Assembly (NCBI RefSeq): GCF_009914755.1
Contig: NC_060937.1
Origin: the human T2T-CHM13v2.0 reference genome, Homo sapiens
Reading direction: 5' to 3' (one strand)
DNA length: 64,000 bases
Made by a program: the position numbers and the translations under genes. This document shows positions 53,988-64,000 of the stretch, piece by piece. The notes beneath the pieces were generated by a model. The model saw only the letters and a list, made by a program, of their open reading frames with translations. It ran no database searches and was not told where the DNA came from. Every line of letters begins with the position of its first letter. Within the stretch, counting starts at the first letter, position 1.

Positions 53988-54784
53988 TCAGGAAAATTTG
54001 CCAAAGGGAACTAGTTGGTGGATATTTATGAAAGCAAAGTTGCTCATAGAAAATAAAAATCAGCATTGCTTTAGCAATAATTCATTTTCTCATTTGGAAT
54101 CATGTTATGATTTTTGATAAGTAACATGTTATAACAGCTACAGGAAAAAGTGAGTTAAAGCATGTAAAAAAGCATCAACAGAAAGACCATTGTAAATACT
54201 TTACTCGACTAGAGGTAAAAAAGCTACACTCCTTCTACAATCACCCAGTCATCTAAAGCCTAATGAACAATTCAACAATTATGGGCAAGTAATCTTTCCC
54301 TTAGGAGACAAAGAAAAATTTCCATAACTTAATGAATAATAAAAGTCTCAAGGCCAATATTTTTTAGAATGTCACTATTAAGAAACATCAAGATAAAATA
54401 TGAGATAAAAATTTTTAAGAGGCCTTTATAAGAACTCAATTCAAAATTGTATAGTGTGACCAATACTTTTGGACAATCAGAAAGTTTTTGACCAAGATCA
54501 TTGAATATGAAGAAGAAAAGTTGGTAGGAGTGATGTGAGGTTGTAGAGCTGTACATGATATGGGACATATCATGAACCCAGCATTGAAAGACATGTTTGA
54601 GTATTAGGAGAAATGCTGATGGTCTGTGTAGGGCAACTTTAGTTAGAGATAAATCTAGGCTATCGACAGAAACATGCTAATGCTGCTGGTTCCAGGAAAG
54701 AAGAACAATAAGAAATTGTAGAATAATAGTGAATTAACTGTGGACAAACACAGCTTAAATACAAACTTTCAGTCTACCTGGTTA

Positions 54785-54789
<5 letters not shown>

Positions 54790-54824
<35 letters not shown>
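54790..54824. repeat. (CT)n microsatellite
   Basis: About 17 CT units. Confidence 0.95.
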
Positions 54825-54828
<4 letters not shown>

Positions 54829-55029
54829 ATTTCCCTTATGTTATCTGGTTTGTAAATATCCTTCTGAATTTTTTCGAATTACCTCATTTTATACATGCTA
54901 CAGATGTTGTTTAGTATGAAATGGTCTTCATTATCAAATTCCAAAATCACACCTCTAGTCTCATATCACTTTTACATCAGTATTCAAGATAATGTACAAT
55001 GTAATATACAAAGTATATTGCACCCTTGT

Positions 55030-55385
55030 CACATAAACTGCAATTCCGTAAGCATGTCTTCATTCCTCAGACTTGAACATGCTGTTTACTCAGAAATTCT
55101 CTCTCCACTCAACTTCCTTTTAGCTGAAATCTTCATCCTCAAGATTTCATTAAAATACTACCTCTTCTCAGTATTATTCTCTGACAACTCAGGGTGAAAT
55201 CTGAGTTCTCTGTGTTTCCAAGTAGATACATTTCCTCACAGTAATAATAACTCAAGTAGATTGCACTTCTGGGATTTACTTTTTTTTTCTTTTTTCACTC
55301 AAGTACGAATTGCTTGAATGCAGAGACAATGTTTCACTTCCATAGCCTTGATGTCTATATTAGAGAGTCTGAAATTGATTCAAAA
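55030..55385 (+). mobile_element. L2 3' region fragment
   Basis: cttgaacatgctgtttactcagaaattctctctcc...cttcatcctcaagatttca...gcttgaatgcagagacaatgt. Confidence 0.5.
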
Positions 55386-56429
55386 GCTGAGACTAGTACT
55401 CATAAAAATTTTCTTCAAAAACCAGGGATTAATCACCAGCCATGACATGTGCCCCAAATCCCCAAATCTCTGCTATAGAAAACCTCCAACAGTCTCTTCT
55501 TTCTGCAGATTTGGACTTTCTGTATCTTTGTTCTGCCTCTCTCAATGCAGAGTGAAAGGAAATGAGGCAGGATAAGTGAGATTTAAGTTAGGCTGTTTTG
55601 TCTCTCCAGTAGCCACCCTATTTATGTAAAAAAATACACTCAGATGTACTCTTCCTGTATAACAACTTCCTTTCAATTGTCATTTTCAAAGACTTTTGAG
55701 AGGCATGAAAGCTTAAATGCAGTTTGATCAGGCCAGTAGGGGAGATTTTTCTCTCCGTGGGATGTTTTCTTGCAAAGACCTTTTATCTGAGCCAGCCTCT
55801 TCTCATGCATTGTGTATTGTCCTGTCTCTTTGCACAGGGAGTAGAGCAGATTTGTCATACTCATGCTACCCAATATGCAGCAGCACATAAAAATTTAATT
55901 TTGCTACAGTATGTATACATTGTCCTACAGGGATGCAGATGCTAGGCTCAGCAGGAGAGATGCTGTGAGATGCAATACAGCAGGAATTCAACCTGCTGTA
56001 AGGAAGAGGTTAGAAACTACCTTAACATGAATCAAGGCCAAAAAGTTTCCTGTATTAGCTGGAAGACATTAGGACTTCGTCCCATCAATATAAAGAGAGT
56101 GATGCCAGTTCAGTACATAGATTTACTTCAAAAGTGGCCCATAATGAAAGACGACAAAACAAATAGTGGGATAATGGTGGATATCTTTAAACAGATTATG
56201 AGACATTTTGTATACGTCAGTATAGCTCCCACTGCATCATTGGTAAATAACTTAGCATTAACAGCTCTTAGTTCTTCAAGTACATCACAAGAATACTCGG
56301 AGTGAGCCACAAATACTAATTTGTCATCAAGCCAAGGCATTATAAAAATCCTTGTGTGTAAACTAATGCTCTATTTATCGGTTGCATTTCTTTTGCATAC
56401 AAAGCCAAGTAATGACCAAAATTACAGAA

Positions 56430-56950
56430 TGCTTTGAGTGTTCAGGAAGCTTTCTCAAATACTATACATGGAAACGTATATTGATACAATCTTTCTGAAA
56501 AGCAAACTGGCATTTTATAAAAATAATTGATAAAATATTCATTGTTTTTTACCAGATCATTTAAATTCTAAGAATATGCCCTCAGGAAATAAGTAGAATT
56601 ATATTCAGATTTTAATGGATGATGATAATGCTCTTCCCAGATTTATGCATAATAAGAGAAAAGTATAGCTAATGTAAATGTTTAAAAGTAGAGAAATGTT
56701 TAAATAAATAATATCCAATTATATAAAATGACTATCAGGCAAATATATTATCTTTAAAGAATATTTAGAAACAGAAGAAAAGATAACAGTTGGGAAAATA
56801 TATTTTACAGTGACATTTTAAAAATTAATATTTCCAATATGCATACTTATACATATAAGTAAGCACTAGTGTATATTTCACAAGAGTAGGTTAAGGGTTA
56901 GTTCAATTTTTTTACATTTCCCATGTTTTCCAAATTTCCATAATGGCCTC
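56430..56950 (+). mobile_element. L1ME-type 3' fragment
   Basis: ttgatacaatctttctgaaaagcaaactggca...attctaagaatatgccctcaggaaat. Confidence 0.6.
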
Positions 56951-57796
56951 TATTACTGTTAGGACTAGAGAAGATGCAGTGACCTTTAGAACACTTCTAC
57001 ATAAAAACATCATGAAGTAGGTATAATACTTGTAAGATTGACTTCAAGTAGCAAGTAACTGGAAATATCAAAGACCGTCAACTTCAGAGTAAGTATTTAG
57101 AAAGGATAAACTCTGATTAATATTCTTAAGGGTTTGTCTTTTATAAGTAAAAACATGATAGTTTGGTTACATCTTGTTTTTTAAACATTTTTAACATGGT
57201 CATAAAAACTTGTTAAATTCCTTTTATTTTACTTTCTGCTGAACACAAATCTTAAACAGATGACACTATTCATTTGTTTAATTACATACTTTTCATGCAT
57301 TGTTCTTTCAGTGAGGCAAGCAGTTCGGTTCAGGATACAAACACTATTACATGTGAATGGATCTTGGTCCTCCTGTAACATCCCAAAATAAATATTTGAT
57401 TGATTCTGATTCCATTTCATATGTAAACATGCAGTTTGGGCAACACAGATTCTAAGAATGGCCCAGCACGATACCAGAAGAATTATGATTTGGTCATGTT
57501 TTTGTAGGGATAGAGTATGGCGGGTATAAAAATTAGTTTGAGTTAGGAACATTAAATCCAAAATTGGAGCCAAAAGTGAGGAAGAAACTGACACATTTTT
57601 GAGACATTAGAAATTTGATCACATAGGAAACCAGCTTTATTAGTTTGGATTCATTCCTGGAATGACATTTTTCAATGTCTTACATAGCAGTATGAAATCT
57701 ATTATAATCACTTCAAGGTAGAGACTGAGAAGCAGAAAGCATGTGATAAAATACACATATATGTGTGTGTGTACACACACATTCTAAACTATAATT

Positions 57797-57960
57797 GTAT
57801 TATTCTGAATAACAACATTATTCTGAATAGCATGTATTGTTCTGGGCTGTATTATTCCTAATAATATTGTTTTATTCTGGATCATAATATTGGATTATTC
57901 TGAATAATGTATAATTCTGTATAACATGGATAATAATTATTATATTATTCTGAATAACAT
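57797..57960 (+). repeat. Degenerate minisatellite, core tattattctgaataac
   Basis: About 8 diverged units at ~18-25 bp spacing. Confidence 0.8.
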
Positions 57961-58617
57961 CTACATACATTTAAATTTTTATTATCAGAAAAACATACTG
58001 GCTATAGTTGATAATAACCATGCTTTCCTTGTATGCAGTAGTATAAAGTGAACATTTGTGCTCATAATTCTTTTTAATTAGGTAAAAACAAATAGTGCAG
58101 GATGAAAATTCATCAACATAGAGTTGGTTACTAAATACAAGTGTTTTTTTTAAAGGTGTGTATACATGTTTGTGTGTGTGTAAGACAATTGAGGGATATA
58201 ACCCTCTACGGCCAATTATTTAGTAAAATTGCCAGCGTTGGAGACTGCAGAGGAAGTTGAATCAAAATCTCCACTGGAAAAGATAATTCAATTTGAAAAT
58301 GCAAAAATCATGTAAGATCATTTTGATCTATGATATACACATATATTCTCTTGCTCCTGGAAAATGTTTTAATTAGGAAATATAAATCTCTAAAAAAGGA
58401 CATTTTTTTCTTAGACTGACATTTAAAATATAGATGTATTTAAATACATACACAAATATAAAATGATAAAATAATATTAAAATTAATAAATTTATATTTA
58501 ATATAAATGTAAAGGTAGGTGCTTAGTTTTCTTTATGTATTTTCATTCTGATTATATATGGTACATACATGTATATATAACATATATACATTTGTATTTC
58601 TCTCTATATAATATATC

Positions 58618-59264
58618 TGACATAGGATTTTTTGGTGCCACTTCGACAGCTGGAAACTTCTGTGGCTGGTGGAGCCTCTTTTCGTTTGTTTCTGTTGCCC
58701 TGGACTGGCATGGCTGCCTGGCACTGGCGGATGACAAAGGGCTACAGTGTTACAGTTTTTTTCATACCCTCATTTGGAGGGTCCCAGGTTCTTGTCCCAC
58801 ATCCAAGAAAAATGAAGTTATGCAGAAAACCAAAGAGTGATCGAGGTGGAGAAGAAGTTTATTGAGTGACAGAAGAGCTCTTGACAATGAGAGGAGACCT
58901 GAAAGCAAATAGCTCAACATGTGACTGAGTCTGGGGGTTTTTATGGGCTGAGAACAGGTGAGTGCATGCTGATTGGTTTGTGAGTATGCAAAAAAAGCTA
59001 AAAAAAATGCACCACTCAAAGATAGACACAACAGTGCAAAAAACCAATTAGGGACAGGTAGGTATGTGTAGAATAGGTGAAGGGTAGGAATCAATCTGAG
59101 GAAAGTGCTCCAAACTGGAAGAGAGCTTCTCAATCCAGTCAATGGATTTATCTGAGATTTGTAGCTTGGTTTTCAGGCTTAACACTGTCTTTGGCTTGAA
59201 GGTCAGGTATCACCAAAGAACAGCCCTTGTCTGCCCAGAATTTGTCTGCCTCCTGCTGCTATCA
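58618..59264 (-). mobile_element. ERV1 solo LTR (LTR9/MER61 group)
   Basis: TG...CA; minus strand starts tgatagcagcaggaggcagacaaatt; perfect 4-bp TSD tatc (58614-58617, 59265-59268); CCAAT boxes and AATAAA. Confidence 0.85.
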
Positions 59265-60075
59265 TATCCACATATATTCATACAGACACACAGACACACA
59301 GAAAATGAGAGAGAAAGGCAGTAAGTTAGAAGATAGAGATTGAGAGACAAAGGTACAGAAAAACCCCGAAAAGGATGTTTCTCTGTATGGATGGATTTTC
59401 CCTATGAAGAAAGGATCTTCATATTTATATAATTATATTCATGCATTTACTTATTCATTCATTGTTAGCTTATTATTAATTTTATGGTATGTGATGATTT
59501 AGACTTTTGGAATATAATGATGAATAAAATTTTATTTCTATGATCAATACATGAGTTATAGTTTGGAAAATCAATGTGCAAATTAAATGTCAAAAACTGA
59601 CTGATGCTTAAATTTTCCAAATAAGCAAAATAGGTCATATTGTAAGTATTATTTACTTACATAATATATCATATACACATGTATGTGGAAATGGATCTAA
59701 AATTTACCATAACTTTTTTTCTATTTTGTAAACTCAGATTATCATATTTTTCTTAAATGTATCTGCAATTAGGACTCCCGTATATATTTGTGGCCAAGTG
59801 TAGAGATTAATTCTCACTTTAGTTTGTTAAAGTTAATGTTAGAACTATTAGAAAGCTAACCCAAGACAGAAATTCTCTCTGTAAACAATTGAATAGATTA
59901 CAGCATGATATGCTGAGTAGCGCTAATTATCAATTCATCACTTCTTACCTCCAAATCCAAGTTACACTGGCAGTTCTGCAAAAGTGGGGGTAGGCCTCTA
60001 AATATACATACATAGATGCACGCACATATGTATTTGCCATATGGCTAGATATTAACCTTTGTCAAAAAACGATGA

Positions 60076-60805
60076 TGTAACGACACTGCTGGACCTTCTC
60101 TCCAGGTTCTAGTGTGCTCCCCTTGGCACCAGGGGGGTTTTCTGGTGCCTTCAGTGAAATGCATGCCTTGTCCAGTGCTCCACACTGGCAGCATATGTGG
60201 CTTTCTTGTGTTCTTGCAGAACAGGCAATTTCTCCAGGACCTGTATCCTTTCTCTAGGTCTGGGATCCCACAATGCAAGCAACTGTGCCATCATCCAAAT
60301 TCTTCAGTACACAGTTTACAGAACTCAGAGGCCAGCAGATTCCTCTGGCACTCTTTCTTGGGTAGTTTTGGAGTAAAGTGGTTTGGAGTAAAGTGCCACC
60401 AGTGAGATATGCTCCCATGAGTAGCTTTTTCTGGCACCCTGGAGAGCAGATTTCCTGCCAGTTCTGCCATCAGAGAACTACAGACACCTTTGTGATATTC
60501 AGTAGCCATGGCCATGTCCTCCTCTACAAAGGCTGGGTCTAAGTCCTGGAGAAGGAGCAAGTTTGCCTCGCATGTTCCAGCCCAGTCCAGAAAGTAGTGG
60601 CTGTACTTTCTCTCTGTGCTCTTATGTTCTTTGCAGTTCTCTTTACTACTCTCTACGCCTTACTAAGCAATATCCCCTTATTCCAACCACCTGTTACAGT
60701 TAATCATTCTTTATATTAAACTTTCCTTGTTCAAATTACTATGTGGTTTCTTATATATAATAGATATATTATTGAATAATTAGATAGAATATAATAACCA
60801 GACTA
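60076..60805 (+). mobile_element. ERVL-type LTR (LTR41/LTR52-like; family uncertain)
   Basis: GC-richer block starting tgtaac; 3' motif ttctttatattaaactttccttgttcaaattactatgtggtttc. Confidence 0.55.
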
Positions 60806-63144
60806 AAAATGATGATGTGGTTAAGTTCTGTTTACTGATGTTATTTTACATCTTTATACTAGACAAGTCATAAAACATGGAACCTGAGAAAGTTACAATC
60901 ACTTCAGCACCTACATATATTTTTTAAAAACAAGATTGTTGACTTAATAAGCCCTGTCGATGGTGGTCAGAATGGCGACCATCTCCAAACCAAAATATAT
61001 AGTTACGCAATTCAGGATGTTTCTCTGGAAAATTTAGAAAGAGGCATCTATCTTCAAATATTTGAAGCTTTATTATATGTCTGAAAAATAAGATTTGCTG
61101 TAGAATTCCACGAAGGGAGCAGTGGGTAGTACTTACAGAAAGACAATTGTTGCCATAATAATAAGGAAGAACTTCTAATAATTGGCTGGGTTAAAATGAA
61201 GTAATACTTTCTCTGTCACTAGGAATGTTTAACTCAAGGTTCTTGCTCCTTTTAGATATTATTGAAGCACAATTTATATTATAAAATATATAACATTATA
61301 ATTTTCAACTATAAAAATCATGAATCTATACATCTCTTGTCATAATGTGATTGATAATTATATCATGTAATTTGTGGTTTGTGAAAGATTTTAGCTGTAT
61401 CTTTGAGTTTGTATATAATTCACAATTTTGGTTGACATTTATATATTTCTTCCGATCACTTTAGGTTATGCAGGTCAGTGAAAAGTGCATTTATTCAAAT
61501 GTAGTTTTGTAACTGAAGTTACTTTACTTGAAATAGACTTTCAATAGTAACAACAACAAAATCAGAACAAAAGGCTCATTTAGGATTTATATAATAGGAT
61601 GTTATAGTACGATGACAAAGCTTCTTTTTCTGAATATTACAGTCTTTGTGTAATCTCATATAAAATTATTTTTCTTTACTCTACATTTTTCTGTTATCGT
61701 CTTCGGGAAAATGGGCACTGATAGAGCTCATGAGACATGTAACCTACTGCCTAAAGTATAAGCTAACAATTCAAGCAAAATAGTGTTTGACTCTAAATTT
61801 TAGAAGTAATTTAAGGATACTGAATAAAATGAACTAAGTTGGCATCTGTCCCAGGAACTGGAGTGACATGAAAGCTTCATTGAACACAATCAGTTGGGAA
61901 TCTGATTTCACTTTTCATCCTTGCCACTTATGCCATTTTAATCATTGTATCATCCTTGGGTATTGGTGCATTTCTGACCTTTATGAAAATGCACCATCTT
62001 ATAGTTCACCAGTACTATGGTGTACTTCCCTTAAGTGTTCTTTAAATCTATTTCCTTTTTTATTTTTAAATTAAAAAATTTAGTACTTTCCCATGTGTAT
62101 ATCTATTTCAACTAAGGCATCTGTACTAAACTAAGCAGGTAGAGATGTTTGACATTGCTTGTCAAGTTTTTCCAAATCAATGACCAACTTAGTAATTCAC
62201 GGCCCACAAAATATTTCTAAACTGTATTGCATGCACCCATGTATATATTTACTTACCCATAGAAATAGTCAATCAATCTTTACTTAAAGACTGTTACATG
62301 TTAAGAATTTTGTTAAGTACTGGTTATACAATTTAGTTAAGTACTGGTTTTATACATACACAAAATTATGTTTGTCTTTTTCTTGAATACAAAGTCCCAT
62401 CTAGTTTGGCTAATTGTTGTAGAGGCTGAATTATAGAAAAACAGTGGTAGAAGTATTATGTTTAATTTGCTATGAAATAGAGAGAAAAGGTAAATATGGC
62501 CAGTGTCAGAAGGCCAGGGTGTCATTTAAACAGACTTTAAGTAGACTATTTGGAGAAGGTATAAGACAGAGGGAACCTTATGGATAAAATGTTGTGCAAG
62601 CAAAAAATATGGCTACATTTAGCCTGCTATGGTTGGAACCTGAGGTAGAGGTGAGAAAGGGAGATGAGATAAATCTAGGTATGTAGATAGATGTTAAGAA
62701 GTGAAACACCATCAATTCTGGACCAGACCTGATACTGAATTTTTTCATGTCTTTATACAGGGAGAAACCAATATTCTATTTTATGTTAAAAACAAACAAA
62801 AAAGCAAACCCTTGAAATCTTCAACTCCTTTCCATATCCTTTCCTTTACTTTCACATATGTCATAGTCATAGATGGAAACAAATAGCCCACCCAAATTGA
62901 ATAATTTGAAAAGCACCCAATAGAGAAATAATGTATGTAAAAGTGCAAGGGATGGATAGAGGCAGCCCATATAAAAAGTGTTGCACTCCAAGACAAATGA
63001 GATGTAGAGATACGCATGGCAGGGGCCTTAAGGTGAGGGGAAGAGTCAGGCCGAAGGATGAAGATGGGGAATGCATAGCCCAACTCACCCTACATCCTAC
63101 CACATACCTATTAACAGTGCTACCCTTCTACTCACTAGCTAAAT

Positions 63145-63500
63145 TGTTGTGGTCTGAATGTCTGTGTCGTACCAAAAGTTAAAAGTTGAAAGCTAAAACC
63201 CAAGGTGTTGGTATTAGGACACTGGACCACTGGGAGAAGAATAAGTTATGAGAGTAAAGCCTTTGTGAATGGGATGAGTGCCTCTATCAAAGAGATGGCA
63301 GGGAACTAGCTAGCCCCCTCTGCCTTGTGAGATGACAGTGAAGACTGATGTCTAGGAAGTGGGCCTTCATCAGACATTGAACCTGCCAGTGCCTTGTCTT
63401 GGTGTTCCCACCCTTGAGAATTGGGAGTAATAAGTTACTGTTGTTTATAAGCTGCCCAATTTATGGTAGTTTGTTATAGCAGCCTCAATGAACTGGGACA
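63145..63500 (+). mobile_element. MLT1A-type MaLR LTR
   Basis: tgttgtggtctgaatgtctgtgtc...gaatgggatgagtgcc...tttgttatagcagcctcaatgaactgggaca. Confidence 0.88.
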
Positions 63501-63970
63501 CAAGCTCAACAGGAAACCAACGGACAAAGGGTCTAATGACCATAATCGTTCACTTCCAGTGCTTAAAACCTGCTGGAAGATGGTCAAGACTGATCCAGAG
63601 GGGCAAGCAGAAGATATGCAGTGCCTTGTCCTACAAAACATCCAAACCCACAAGAACTTTTAAATTTGTCCCATAAATGTATCTGTTATCTTTGCAAACA
63701 TACATGTGCATAGTTATTTGAATTTTATTCTATACAAAAGGGGTTCACTAAAGGTCTTCTACAAAGAAAACCACATCATCTGATTTATATTTTAAAATCA
63801 GCATTTATAATCGCTATAATGTAGAGAGTGGTTTGAGAGGCAAATCTACTTGCAGTCAATAGTCCAAGGAAATGAAGTACATCATGTCAAGAGCATTGAA
63901 AATAGGCAGTAAAAAGCATATAGAAGATTATCAAGAACTAGGTGAAAGAGGGTTTACTAAACAGTTGTCT

Positions 63971-64000
63971 GGCCAGGCACGGTGGCTCATGCCTGTAATC
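63971..64000 (+). mobile_element. Alu 5' end (cut by window edge)
   Basis: ggccaggcacggtggctcatgcctgtaatc. Confidence 0.9.

Noticed and set aside
55970-56305. 111-aa ORF in apparently non-Alu/L1 sequence
   Set aside because: No recognisable domain or splice context; length compatible with chance; upstream block may be an old LTR
57797-57960. CRISPR-like repeat-spacer appearance
   Set aside because: Human DNA, no cas genes, repeats degenerate, spacers too short and not unique

Overview
Human (primate) non-coding genomic DNA: very AT-rich, CpG-poor and rich in L1/LTR repeats, typical of a gene-poor intergenic or deep intronic region. A near-consensus AluYa5 (53593-53894) points to Homo sapiens. 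I find no credible protein-coding gene; the listed ORFs are Alu/L1/LTR-derived or chance ORFs in AT-rich sequence. The window is a layered record of transposons: Alus, L1PA2/7/8, L1PB, L1MA, older L1M, L2, MIR, ERV1/ERVL/MaLR LTRs, and Tigger/Charlie/MER DNA transposons. Family names are recalled from consensus sequences and need RepeatMasker/Dfam confirmation. I cannot support a new biological system. The structural observations most worth checking are: (1) a triple-nested L1 with a probable ~1.25-kb 3' transduction; (2) an ERV 5'-LTR + PBS(Pro) + splice-donor fragment flanked by an anomalous 14-bp direct repeat; (3) a tailless 30-nt U6 retropseudogene with target-site duplication (TSD); (4) two old local dispersed duplications, one apparently templated into an LTR; (5) a TSD-less young L1PA2 fragment; (6) a twin-primed L1; (7) several AT-rich palindromes and microduplications.
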